A stretch of 64,000 bases of DNA from Octopus bimaculoides (Eukaryota). The notes below the pieces were generated by a model. It was not told the origin of the DNA. It was given only the letters and a program-made list of their open reading frames with translations, and ran no database searches. The DNA lies in contig NC_068999.1 of the NCBI RefSeq assembly GCF_001194135.2, forward strand, positions 1,182,868 through 1,246,867, written 5' to 3'. Positions 27,380 through 39,949 of the stretch are shown piece after piece. Positions within the stretch are counted from its first letter, which is position 1; every line of letters starts with the position of its first letter. The position numbers were made by a program, and so were the translations under genes.

Positions 27380-27555
27380 TTCCTTTAGCCCCAGACTAAC
27401 CACATCGATACAACATAAAAATGATCCATGATACTACACCTCTTATAATCCCCTTCTTGCTTGTGTATCTATGTCTCTGTTAAATGTTCCCTTTACGTTT
27501 TTAAGACACGTAGAGGAATATTTCACTGCTATGTCTAGCAGGCCGAGTTGCCATT
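27380..27555 (+). mobile_element. Dispersed repeat, family D
   Basis: TTTAGCCCCAGACTAACC...TTTTTAAGAC...CTGCTATGTCTAGCAGGCCGAG; compare 18560 and 47125. Confidence 0.45.
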
Positions 27556-27892
27556 TGAGACTCTGTCGTTCACATGACGTGAAGATGTGTTTATTTTACC
27601 GATAAATTTATAATGTATGTGTTATTGGACATCGATTTATATAGAATGTTCTCTCACCAATTGATCAATACAATATATGGCATCGTCGATATGTGTATAG
27701 TGTATATGAATGCGTCTTTTAATGTCTGTGAGTGTGAGTATGTATATGTGTGTATATACATATATATGCATGCACACGTACATACATAGACATACATATG
27801 CGTGTATATATAATCATTCATATAGTCATTTAATAATCAATAAGTCAGAAAAAGAGGTATTCTTACATTTCTCAATAAAGTGTATACTTGTG

Positions 27893-27950
<58 letters not shown>

Positions 27951-28859
27951 CATGTGGATGTATGTATGTATGTATGTAGGCATGTATGTATGTGCAATTA
28001 CATCGAACCAGAAATGAAAGTTTTTTTAAAGTCGGCATTGATAAGATTCGATCTTAGATTAGGTATTTGAGAGTGAAAAGAATAAAATAAGCTGATATAA
28101 TATACTACATTTGCTCCCTTATGTATTCCAACAATACACATAACATTGTGAATTATAATTTTCTTTCTTTTTAATGAAAGATTCAGGCTTCTATTTAATA
28201 AAATCCTCTTTGACTACATAAAATCTAAAGAAAAAAAAAAAGAACATACATGTTGTCGAAAATTTCCTTTAATAAATTCTTCGTAGCCATTGGCAATGAT
28301 ATGACTAGCGTGAAAAACTTTCGAAAAGTTCGCAAGATGGAATGAATAATTAATAACTGTCCAATGATAATCGTTTAATTCCGAAACGGATATTGGATGA
28401 CTATTATGAGTCACATGTCACGTCTTTGTAATTTCACTTCATTCTTTTCACTAATACACATTCGGAAGCATGTGAATGGTTGCTATTATAAATTTGGCAA
28501 AATTATACGTCTGTAATTATTCATAAAAGGCTTGTTTCGGAGCCGTTAAAGATCACGAACAGGCACCTCTTGTGAACTATTTATCCTTGTTAAAATGACC
28601 CTTCTTTTCCAAATCTCGAGACCAAGTAGCATCAATTGCCAAGTGATGAAGTAAAGTAATGATAACCTTTCACCTCTTTGGGTGAGAGTTTATAGAGGAT
28701 CTCTCTATTCTTTACCTACATTTTCATATTACTACATCTTACCGACAAACAGGCATCCATTTTAAGCTGTAATCATAATGCAGTAAATATCGAGCTTCTA
28801 GTTTATAGATATTTGATTCAAGAATTACAATATGGCAGTCATTTTCAACTGGAATTTGC

Positions 28860-29015
28860 CGGAAGTTAATAATTTACAGCCAGGCACAGATTCATACTTT
28901 AATATGAACGAGTGGATAATTTCAGAGCTAAGGTCAACAATTTGATAATATACTTGGCTAGATTCCCAACCTAATTCTCTTCGCATATTGTTGACATTCG
29001 GTCTCTTAAAATGAT
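28860..29015 (-). mobile_element. Highly degenerate mariner transposase C-terminal fragment
   Basis: RRELGWESSQVYYQIVDLSSEIIHSF keeps the exact spacing of the mariner LGWE-x6-YSPDLAPSDYHLF motif (WE, DL, HxF conserved) but little else. Confidence 0.4.
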
Positions 29016-29559
29016 GCTTATATGGCAGTTTTATATCTCTATGTTGATCAATCATTCTACACCTACTTCACATAATTCTGTGCTAGGATCTAACATACAA
29101 CACCTAAGATAACGAATGAGAGATTCACAATTCGGAGGCCATAAAGCTGTCATCAGTAAAGATATATTATATTCTGTTGAAGAGAAATACATTAAATTTA
29201 TTCCATACCCACGACAAATCATTCACTCTGTTGCTTGTTATAAGTACCATTCAATATCTTGTATCGATGCAAAGTAGCGGGACCTGACTTATAGTTCGTA
29301 GAAGAATTCTCAAAGGTCGCAATAGCAACAGCTTTTGGTTTCGAAATATTTATTACAATGTTAAAATATTCATGAATATTTTATACAATAACCGTTCAGT
29401 CTAATGCTTATAGCACAGAATTTACTGCAAAACAAATATCCATTACGCCATATTTTTGAAGCAGTATTTAAGTTTTGTTTTCTATATTTAAGATAGCAGT
29501 CCATTAAGATATTTGAAGGGAGTTCATCGAGACGTGCAGTTTCAGAGCTTACAAGGGAA

Positions 29560-29715
29560 ATCACCCTTAATACCATTGATCCCCATGCTTTTTGCTTCTT
29601 TATTTAATAGTCCCTGGAAATGAAGAAATGCAAAGTTGTCCATGGCGGGCTTAGAACTCAGAACATAAAGCGCTAGAATAAATATCAACCACTTTAAACA
29701 TTCTTCCAAAACACT
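29560..29715 (-). mobile_element. SINE family A, decayed
   Basis: GGCGGGCTTAGAACTCAGAACATAAAG parallels GGAATTTGAACTCAAAACGTGAA at 30493-30515. Confidence 0.5.
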
Positions 29716-30362
29716 GCTTTTCACTTTTTAGAATATAATTTCTCTGAAAATTAAGAGAGAGTGTATGGTTGATATGAGAATAGCAAAAGTACAAATCCAT
29801 TCTACTTTTGATGTTGACTGACGCGGAACACGTTTACAAGTTCATTGTACACAGAGGAGTCAAGATGAAGATAGAGACCCGGTGGCAATTGAAACAAGTG
29901 CGTTCCAATTTCCATAGAATCATTCTTCTCTGCTTGCTCTACGTTAAACGAGAAACCTTCTCTCTGCTAAAAGAATCATCCCTAATTCATTATAGCTTTG
30001 GATGCTGTATAATCGTTGTATGTAAAAGAAGTAAATGTTCGATAATTATGAAGTAATGAGCCACAAGAGTCACAGACATGTTAGTAGTTACGTCATATTG
30101 CAGAACATTATTGATTTGTAGACTCAGAATATTCCGCCTGAGGAAATATTTCAAGTTTTATATGGAATCGTCTGGCGCGAATTATTAATAATATCATTTG
30201 AAAATGCTTATGAATATCTCAGTTTCAGTAACGTTTCTTTGTAAATTTTAAATATATTCCGAAGTAAATCGTTGATATTAATTCTCATTTAAACATGGCC
30301 CATGAAATTTAAACTAAGAATATGAAGTGACATAGGAGAACAATATATTTTCTGTATAAGGA

Positions 30363-30577
30363 TTTCAAATTTCGGCACAAAAGCATCAATTTCGAGGGGA
30401 AGTGGGGCGGTAAGTCAATTACGTTAACCTCAGTGCTCAACAGGTACTTTTTTGTCAACCCCAAAAAGATGAAAGGAAAAGACGACATCGTCGGAATTTG
30501 AACTCAAAACGTGAATACGAACAAAATGACGCTAAGAATTTTATCCGGCTTGTCAAGTAACGATTCTATCAGCTCGC
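30363..30577 (-). mobile_element. SINE family A, near full length
   Basis: Reverse complement runs GCGAGCTGATAGAATCGTT...TTCACGTTTTGAGTTCAAATTCC...AAGTACCTGTTGAGCACTG...TTGTGCCGAAATTTGAAA, homologous to 5933-6105. Confidence 0.8.
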
Positions 30578-30883
30578 TGCTTTTTATATAATGTTCTGTG
30601 TGTTTACAACGGTATTCTACTACTACTGCACTTCCCAAGTTATATAATTCGAAATAAAAGGAAAACATCTCCAAAATGGAGTTCTATACCATTTAAGAAG
30701 CGAGGAATAACGAATGGGGGTGACCTTTTTGTAAATGCCATATAAGGAATTAAATGAAAACAGGAATAGTAATGTAAAGAATTACTAAAATGGAATTATG
30801 TTCTCAATTTGATATATTTCACATTTGCTATGTTTTACGATGTGAGATAATTCATAATAATATGTACACAAAAATATGTATAC

Positions 30884-30918
<35 letters not shown>

Positions 30919-31875
30919 NNNNNNNNNNNNNNNNNNNNNNNNNNNNNNNNNNNNNNNNNNNNNNNNNNNNNNNNNNNNNNNNNNNNNNNNNNNNNNNNNN
31001 NNNNNNNNNNNNNNNNNNNNNNNNNNNNNNNNNNNNNNNNNNNNNNNTATATATATGAATAAAGAGAATTTTGTAACACATATAACTATAAATATTTCTA
31101 TGAAAGCATGCAATGTAAAAACCATGTTTATTTATTAAATGTAAATATTTATTACATAAGTGCATTAAAACAGAAATTCGGCTTGGATATCGTATATGCA
31201 TATAAGTAAAATCTTGTATGTACACACACACACATATATATATATGTATGTGTGTATGTATGTGGGTGTGTACGCGTGCGCGGGGAAAGAAAGAGCAAAC
31301 AAAAACAGAGATGCCTATAAATATACACACATGTACAGAAACACACTCACACACACACACACACACACAAGCACACGCACACACATATAGAGATAATTTT
31401 GTATTCAGCTATATACCTAGCAATTTTCAGTTTAAAGCCCAGCAAGAGTATTCGGCTACCTGATGTGAACAAGCGTATAGAGGTACCTCAGGAATACTTT
31501 CGTGTCCGTAGCGTTTATATCAAAAATAAAAGTGACAGAAAATTAAATTCACAAGATTTTGTTTATTATGATGAGACTCGTGAATTCCATATACTTTCTC
31601 TCACTTTATTTTCATATATATTTATACGTACATACACAAATTTATATGTACACGCATGGTTTGATATTTCGTACATTTTTGTTTATATTTGTGATATCAT
31701 TGATATCATTGTAAAGATTATTTTAGGATTTGTGTAACCTTATCTGAATATTGGTATCAAATTTTAGCACAAGGCTATATGCAAATATAGCTCCATATTT
31801 AAGAGATGAGGAATTATGTACATTATTTACATTATTTACAATTTACGGATATTTGTCCTTACCTTGTTTCTTCTT

Positions 31876-31921
31876 AACACAACGTTTCGGTTGATATACC
31901 ATCCAGCCTTCATCAGTTGTC
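31876..31921 (-). ncRNA. Minimal type I hammerhead ribozyme motif (left arm copy)
   Basis: Minus strand GACAA-CUGAUGA-A-GGCUG-loop-CAACC-GAAA-CGU-U-GUGUU: intact core, one mismatch each in stems I and II. Confidence 0.6.
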
Positions 31922-31959
31922 TTGGAGAAATTTCGAACCCAGGTTCGAAATTTCCTCAA

Positions 31960-32005
31960 GACACCTGACGAAGGCAGGAGGGTATATCAGCCGAAACGTT
32001 GTTTT
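31960..32005 (+). ncRNA. Minimal type I hammerhead ribozyme motif (right arm copy)
   Basis: GACAC-CUGACGA-A-GGCAG-GAGGGUAUAU-CAGCC-GAAA-CGU-U-GUUUU: intact CUGANGA and GAAA core, palindromic ACGU in place of stem III, one mismatch each in stems I and II. Confidence 0.6.
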
Positions 32006-32100
32006 AAGAACAAACAAGATGAGGACAAATATCCGTCAAATGTAAATAATGTAAATAATGTATGCAAATATAATTTCATGTATTATACGTATGTGTGCTG

Positions 32101-32147
<47 letters not shown>

Positions 32148-32836
32148 NNNNNNNNNNTGTGTGTGTGTGTGTGTGTGTATGTTTGTGTGTGTGTTTGTGT
32201 GTGTGTGTGTGCACATATAGATATATGTTGACAGTGTTTATAAGATTTCGAAAGAACGAGAAAATAATTGTCTTTTGGAGAAGTGGATCTCGAAGCACAT
32301 AAAACTATAAATATTTTCATGATTCACATCTTGTTATTCATAGTTTGATGTGCTTTAAGATCCACTTATCGATAAAATAACACACACGCACACACATACA
32401 CATACACACACACATGTATTCACTGGTTCAAGAATTAATCTTGTGGAAAAGAACACATAAAATAAAAGCTAAAAGAAAAAAATGCAATGCCACTTGTAAT
32501 ACGAAGAATAATGTTGGGAACCAGCGGCGTTCTCATTATTTTTTAAAGTGTCACATACAATTAGCGATTCACTTGCATAATAAAAACGTAATTGGAAAAA
32601 GTAACTTAAAGAAATAATTGATATGATCGATAGGATGATAACTATTCATAAATTTAAAAAATATCACTATTATAGTGATCGTTATTAGTAACGGGTTTAG
32701 GTAAGCACACGCACGTGCCTAGATGTGTACGTATGCGTGAGCGCCCACGTCTATGTGTGGCGTATGTGATTACTTGTAGATTTATATATATATATATATA
32801 CATATGAATATCACATGCACATGTGTNNNNNNNNNN

Positions 32837-32898
<62 letters not shown>

Positions 32899-34049
32899 TG
32901 TAAGAGAGAGTAAATATACTTAAAAAGATTACATTTGATTTGTACAATCAGAAAAGGCAGATAACTATCTGTTTTCGTATTTAATTGCTTGTTTTTATGT
33001 TTTCAATTCATGTCCAGTGCCAATTTGTATTTTGTTCAAATGGAGATCGATAAAATAAAGTATCAGTCTTGGTCGATACAACAGAATTCAGTTTTTGCCA
33101 GAGACCGTTTGTGGTTTGTGGATAATATTTTCATGTTTTCTTTTTTTTTATATTCCTTTTCCAGTTCGAACTAAATACTGCTCTGCACGTCTGCACATGA
33201 AATGATATACTGTTTCCCGCGCAGCATATTGCTAGTCCCTCGATCAAATCAAGTACATTTCCTGAAAGGGGTTTCCTTGAGATAGGACTCTACTATTATA
33301 GTCAAGCACAATTTAACGAACTTCCTGTGCACGAAGCAAATAAAAACGAATAACCTACTGCAGTACGTGGCATGTAATGTAAATTGACGTCCTCTGAGAC
33401 ATGAAAAATCAAACGTGATTCACGGAGATAAATGAAACGGAGTAACTACGGAAGTTCTTCCTACCTGACGACATTAAAAGTTGCTAGTAACGAAGAAGCT
33501 CTTCAAAATAAGGATGAAATATTTGGTGTAAATTCATTTCAGCAAAGAATCGAAACTTGATTACATTTTTTTAATTTCCGTTACCTCTGCATCTTTGAGC
33601 ATTGCCTGTATTTTTGTTTCTGTTTGAAAAGTCAATAGCTATCAACAACATGTATGTATATAACATGAACACGTGTGTACAAATATACAAGATAACATTT
33701 GCAATCTAAATTGAAAAGAACTGTTCAATATTTAATCGTCTATGTAGAAATTAAAAAATTATACGATCGAGATAACATTTTTTTCTAATAGTTAGGAGAT
33801 ATAATTGAAGTAAAACACAAAAAAGATCTAAATTAAATTCCAATTTAAAACATTAAATAAAAAAATTATATTATTGATAATATAAATGATAATTAGAACA
33901 TCACACTGATGGAACTAATACTATTTTCTGTCAGTTCATTTTCTTCACGTGTTACTGCTGTTATTGTTGTTGTTGTTGTTGCTAATATTTCTTCCGGCTT
34001 TTTATGTCCTGAGTTCAAATTTCATCTGTGACAGAAGAACCAACAGCAG

Positions 34050-34352
34050 AAGTATGCCGATATTGACGAACGTTCTGTGAAACCCATAACAAGCAGAACT
34101 GAGAAAAAGAACGCACATGTGCATGAATCTGTGAGGAGAAATCGTCGAATCACCATCCTTGAGTTATCAGAGAATGTGCAAATTAGTTACGGTTTAGTTC
34201 AGTCAATTATCACAGAAGATTTGGGTATGAGACGCGTAGCTGCCAAGTTTGTGCCAAAACTGCTTTCAGCTGACCAAATAGACATTCGGATTTCAGTTTC
34301 ACAAGATCTCCTTGATTGTCTCGAGAACGATGACATCTTTTTAAAAACTTTG
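34050..34352 (+). mobile_element. Mariner transposase internal fragment (HTH region up to just before the first catalytic Asp)
   Basis: DIDERSVKPITSRTEKKNAHVHESVRRNRRITILELSENVQISYGLVQSIITEDLGMRRVAAKFVPKLLSADQ...DDIFLKTL contains the hallmark LGMRRVAAKFVPKLL motif. Confidence 0.92.
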
Positions 34353-34625
34353 CGTAGGCCGCTGAGTAGGCATCGCCAAGTTTTTTGCGGAATTTGATGC
34401 AGATTCTCAGCTTAACTTTCTCTTTCATGGCCAATGTTACGATCACACGCTACACACCTTCATTCCAAGCAGTGCTGTAAACAGGGGAAGTAAGCTAGAA
34501 CGTTAAAATTTAGTACGCATTCCCAGCAGAGTTCAAGATCAATCTGTACCAAGTGGCTTCAATCTGTGCGCTTCACCATCGTTACTATGACTACAACCCC
34601 AATACGTAATGATCAGACTACTACG
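34338..34625 (-). mobile_element. Mariner 5' end (decayed TIR, 5' UTR, transposase N-terminus) in inverted orientation
   Basis: ATG at 34428 gives MKEKVKLRICIKFRKKLGDAYSAAYAK (mariner EQRICIKFCxKLG motif). The segment ends near 34625 in a decayed TIR-like sequence followed by (TA)n. Confidence 0.75.
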
Positions 34626-35049
34626 AATATATATATATAATGTAAGCTATGCGTAGATGAAAACACTCTGATGCTTTTCAGGTCTAAGGACTCACTGATA
34701 AATTCAAATCCGAAATTCAGGGCTTGTAAGCCTATGGCTAAGTTCCCACTGACGATTTGGAATGTGCTTCCCTCTCCATACTGAACCACAGATTCTAATC
34801 CACTATCATTTCATCCATATATTTTACGGTCTGAGAGGGAATAACTCTAATTCTTCCCATTTGCTTCTTTCTGATGTTCATATCCACTTCTTGCTCCTCT
34901 ATTCTCGCCTTTTCTCGCTTTTTCACTCATCGCATCGTACCATGTTTAGTTCTTTATGCCAAGTGGGCAGTGTCTAATGATTGTGCTAGGACAACCGACG
35001 TGTAAGAAAACACTATCATCTCAGCACATGGAACAAATAATATTGCTAT

Positions 35050-35190
35050 GTGTTAATTTACTTCCTAGCCACTTGATACGAGGTTCGGTCTCATTGCATT
35101 GCACCTCTAATATAGCCTACTAGAATTTTCCAAGGCGGTGCACCTACATGGCCACTGTCAAATTGCTAAAACAACTAAAGGATAAAAGAT
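35050..35190 (+). mobile_element. SINE family B, internally deleted
   Basis: Head-like GAGGTTCGGTCTCATTGC...TATAGCC is joined to tail-like AAGGCGGTGC...CATGGCCACTGTCAAATTGCTAAAACAA. Confidence 0.5.
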
Positions 35191-35216
35191 AAAATATGTT
35201 TGTATACATATGTATG

Positions 35217-35255
<39 letters not shown>

Positions 35256-35315
35256 NNNNNNNNNNNNNNNNNNNNNNNNNNNNNNNNNNNNNNNNNNNNN
35301 NNNNNNNNNNNNNNN

Positions 35316-35382
<67 letters not shown>

Positions 35383-35778
35383 GCATGTGTGTATACATAC
35401 ATGTACACATATGCATATGTGTGTTTTTGCACCGTGCTTGTTTGCATATATAAAGAAATAGGCAGAGAATGCATGTAAATGTGAATGTGTTATATGGTTA
35501 CATTTCATGCCAGACATAGCAGCCAGATCTCTCTTATCAAGCACACACTATCGACAAGTCAACGTAAAACTGCATATAAATTCCTACATTCTTGTAAATG
35601 CCAGAGATTAGTTTAATATAATTCCTGGTAATTGATAGGTTCCAATTCGAAATTCAATATTTGCTTGCAATATATATTCTTATCATCTCGCTATCGCGTA
35701 TTACATCGATATATTGCCGGCATGTTGAGTAACCAGCTCATTGACGTCATCAACGTACCACCTTCCTCTATCTATCCA

Positions 35779-35881
<103 letters not shown>

Positions 35882-36049
35882 TGGATGGGATATGCCATAT
35901 TATAACGTTGATGTAATATATTGCATATTTCGATAAATGCTTGTCCAAGCAACTCCACAGTTAGCAAAAGCTAACAGCTATGCAACTAACTATACATAAG
36001 ATTTAATTACTGCATATCACATTACTAATTAATATCTCGATACCAGCAA

Positions 36050-36050
<1 letters not shown>

Positions 36051-36125
<75 letters not shown>

Positions 36126-36160
36126 CATAATAACCAGCATTATCAGTATTATTATCGTTT

Positions 36161-36248
<88 letters not shown>

Positions 36249-36382
36249 TGTCACTGATTTTTTGTCTTTACTCATATTCTTTTGTTTATAATTAATCATT
36301 TATTGCTGTTGTATCATTAATCTATGTATATTTCTTATTGATTATTAGATAAATCTATATTACATTGTATTGTAAATATCAA

Positions 36383-36441
<59 letters not shown>

Positions 36442-36480
36442 TAATAATAATAACAATGATGATAATAATAATAATAAATG
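36051..36480. repeat. Compound (ATT)n, (CAT)n and (AAT)n microsatellites
   Basis: Direct reading; source of the poly-M and poly-I ORF. Confidence 0.95.
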
Positions 36481-37030
36481 AAATAAACGACAAAAGCGGT
36501 GAATAATACAAGACGAATTGCTTAAAGAGTAAAAGCGAACAAAATTTTTTTTAGAATAAAAACAGATTTCTTTTTTCTTTTTGGTAAAACGAATAAATGA
36601 AAATGTGATTTGATTCAGGAATTGCTTTTACTGATGTTAATCTGATATCATGGTAAATAATTATAACTGTGTTATGTATTGATGAGTCTAAAATAGTGAA
36701 AACCAATCAATCCGTCGTTCTTATACTGGCGCCCCCTCTCTCTTTATTAATCAATCAAATATTTATTTCTCTTCTTCTCTTTCCCTAACACTGCATTCTC
36801 TCTATCAGCACATTTTTGCATATACATACACACACACACACGTACATATGCGTACATTTGCATGTAAGTATATATACTTATATATATATATGTTTGTGTG
36901 CATGTGTGTGTGTTTCCACTATTGTTGTCTTTATGTTTCTTCCTTTCATTCTACACTTCCTCTATCTCGTTCTGTATATATCTCTCACTGTCTCTCCCCA
37001 CATAGATAACTTTCTGTTTTTCTTTCTTTT

Positions 37031-37080
37031 CCTCTTTATCGAAACGACCTCTCCTCTTTATCGAAACGACCTCTCCTCTT
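37031..37080. repeat. 22-bp perfect tandem duplication
   Basis: CCTCTTTATCGAAACGACCTCT at 37031 and 37053. Confidence 0.9.
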
Positions 37081-37286
37081 TCCCTCTATGAGGTTCTTCG
37101 TGCCTCTCTCTCTCTCTCTCTCCTACTATCACTCCCATCTTTCTCTACATCCCCTCCTCATACTTTCTCTATGTCTCTCTCATATTATTCTATAATTGAT
37201 TTCACTGCTTCTCAGTGCCTCACATTCTCTGAATACATTCTCTATCTTTATATCTCCCCCCCTCTCTCTTTCTTTATTCGTCTTTG

Positions 37287-37319
<33 letters not shown>

Positions 37320-37840
37320 TTGACCTGTACTATACTAATCCACCTTTATCGCATTCCACTTCCCTTCCTTCCCTCTGATTTCTCACCCAGTTCCTTGCTC
37401 TCTGGTTTTATCTAATTCATCGTCATCTCTCCCTCTTTATCTCTCGTTCCGTCATATTCCAGCTCCTAAATCGACTTCCATTATATCGAACCATGAAACT
37501 AACACTATTTGCGATGCTGCTGATACGATGCATTGAGAAGGAGGTAAAATTTCAGGTACTCTACGACAGGGGTTCAATCACACTTTGAAGACATCTCAAT
37601 CCGTTAATACTTGTGTTTAATTCTTACATTTATCGAAGAAATGCGAGTCACAGATACCACCTAAGATATTTCACACAATGTCTTTCGTTTCAGTGAATAA
37701 TGTGCAAAGTGAATCCCCAAACAAATCGTAGAATTCCAGGACAACTTTTGAATGGCTGTGCTAAATAAGGTGATACTTTCTTGGAAGAAGATATGTAGGG
37801 GGTTGCTTTCATATCTGTTTTGTAGATATTAGTAATTCAG

Positions 37841-37935
37841 GGACGCGAACTGGCAGAATTGTTAAGGGTGAATTCCTTTCTAACTTTCTAACTTGCATTG
37901 TGAGTTCAAAGCACGCCGATGTTAACCCTGCCATT
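37841..37935 (+). mobile_element. SINE family A head fragment
   Basis: GCGAACTGGCAGAATTGTTA...GTGAGTTCAAAGCACGCCGATGTT resembles the 5' end of the 30363-30577 copy. Confidence 0.5.
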
Positions 37936-39372
37936 CAGACTTCTCACTTCAATAACAGCATGTAACAATGAAGTATTCAGATCTACGGTATCAACTTATC
38001 CATTTATTATGAAACTAATGGCTTTCTACCTCAGTCATAAGCAATTACTAACTCTTCATTTAGCATTGATATAGAAAAACACTAATACTTTATATCTTGT
38101 ACAGTTTGTGCTATATATTTTTATGCCGCGGGTCAAGGAAATATGTTTAATTAAACTTTAATATGGCATATTAGCACGCAGTGAGGATTGATCTCTTCCT
38201 TAGCTATTGAATATTCAAACTGATGCCGTCTTCATTCCCGCATTATATTTTCATTGCAATTTCATTTAAATTAAATTTCAAGATTATCCCGTTTGCTCCT
38301 TCGCCTGTCATGACCAGAGTGAATAATCATTAAGCTAATTATTTTTTTCTCCATTCCACACGTGTCATTGTAATTAATTAAAAATTATTAGCTCACTACA
38401 TTATGTATATTAACAGCGATTTAACTATTCGTTTTCAGTGAAGTTGTCACTTCGTATTCCTATCCGCCTCGTAACAGCTTCTCTATATTATATTTTAATG
38501 GACCTCGCGTGTGGTTAATAAATTTCAGCTTAGTTGCAGTTTCTGTTCTGTAAAAGAAACAAAAGACAAACCCGTTTCTCGATTTTACACGGAGATATTT
38601 TGTTTGTCTATTCCCCAACTAGTTGAATTAGCAAATACATGTTTTGCTGAATATTAAGAGAACGGGTAATATGTTTGGTGGCAGGAATGAACGAATATAC
38701 GTGGTAACAAAGATATTAAAAATCTCTAGTCTTTTACACAGAGTATTATATTAAAGCCTATATTTTATATATTGAAAGGAAATGTTTGTTGAACAACAGA
38801 TTCGGAAGAATGCTTCCAAACACGATTTATTTTTAATATTCCATGTTCATATAATAGCTATCAGCTAAATCCTTCCGAACAAATAACATTCCCTGTTCGA
38901 CACATTTGTGTCAACAATTAGATTGAAGAGACAGAGAGAGAAAAGAGAATGAAAGAGAAAGGTAGAATACCACTAGAGATGTGATATCTATTATAGTCTA
39001 ACATAAATCGCATGCATTATTTGGATTATGAGCATGTCACGCCACCTACCGAGTTACGGGGTAACTTGCCACATAGTGTAGAACACTTAAGGCTGAAAGC
39101 AGGCTTGCTAGAAATAGAAAGAAATCTCCTTCAGAATAGGAAGTACATATTTGATTCGATACTTGAACAACGTATACAAGATGTTCCTGCGTGAAAGTCT
39201 GAAGGACAACATTGTTCTGGAGGTTTGCAGCTCGCTTCAAAGATAAACGGAACCGACACAAGAAAAACAAATTATTTGCCAAGAAATTATTTTTCTCTCA
39301 TGTCATAGTCTAAAGGATATTTTTGCAATATATTCAATAAAAGAGGATCAAGGAACTGGTGTCCAACATTAT

Positions 39373-39945
39373 TTGGTATTTAATATGTCGGTCGAAATAA
39401 TTCATGAGAAACGTACTCTCGTACAGAGTAATGCGGAAAATGTTGAACAGGTAAAAAAGCTTTCGGCAGTTGCCGCGGTGGCAACCAAAAATATTGATAT
39501 CTCTGTGGATAGATTAAACGATTTTTTTAGAAAAGTGAAGGAGGAGGACAGTAATGTAAAAACATCTTCATCCTCCAATGTTAAAGAAACTGAACGAATC
39601 ACTGTAGTGTCTAAACTTTTCTGTCCACAGAACAGAAGATTTAAGCATTTTGAAAAAGAAAACAATTTGAGAAGTGCCTGTCCTCAATATGGAAAGATGT
39701 GGACTATATTGCAATGGGACAGGCATACAGAACCATTGACGTCCGTTTTCTAACTGAAGAGATGTCCCGCTGGCACTCCGTGTGCCCCCTGAAAACAAAG
39801 GAGTTGGTGTTTCTGCCGACATACAAGGGAAGACGCACGTCCCGTGTGAGGGTTACAGAAGAACCACCGGATATCGATCCGAGTGAGGTTATGGCTGTCC
39901 TGTTGTTTAACACGGAGGACAGAATAAAAGTTTTCCAAATTACAT
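39373..39945 (+). mobile_element. Probable non-LTR (L1/Tx1-type) ORF1 fragment with one frameshift near 39665
   Basis: Two long overlapping frames join as ...TVVSKLFCPQNRRFKHFEKE/FEKCLSSIWKDVDYIAMGQAYRTIDVRF...LKTKELVFLPTYKGRRTSRVRVTEEPPDID. The pattern is RRM-like and abuts an L1/Tx1 ORF2 fragment; assignment is from recalled family features. Confidence 0.45.
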
Positions 39946-39949
39946 GCTC

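Larger units (their letters stand above)
31819..32062. mobile_element. Fold-back palindrome, 121-bp arms with 2-nt loop, Penelope pLTR-like
   Basis: 31819-31939 versus the reverse complement of 31942-32062: ungapped, 13 mismatches (about 89% identity, hand-aligned). Confidence 0.9.

Noticed and set aside
37486-37581. Signal-peptide-like start MKLTLFAMLLIRC
   Set aside because: Short, weak donors, and no supporting downstream exon.
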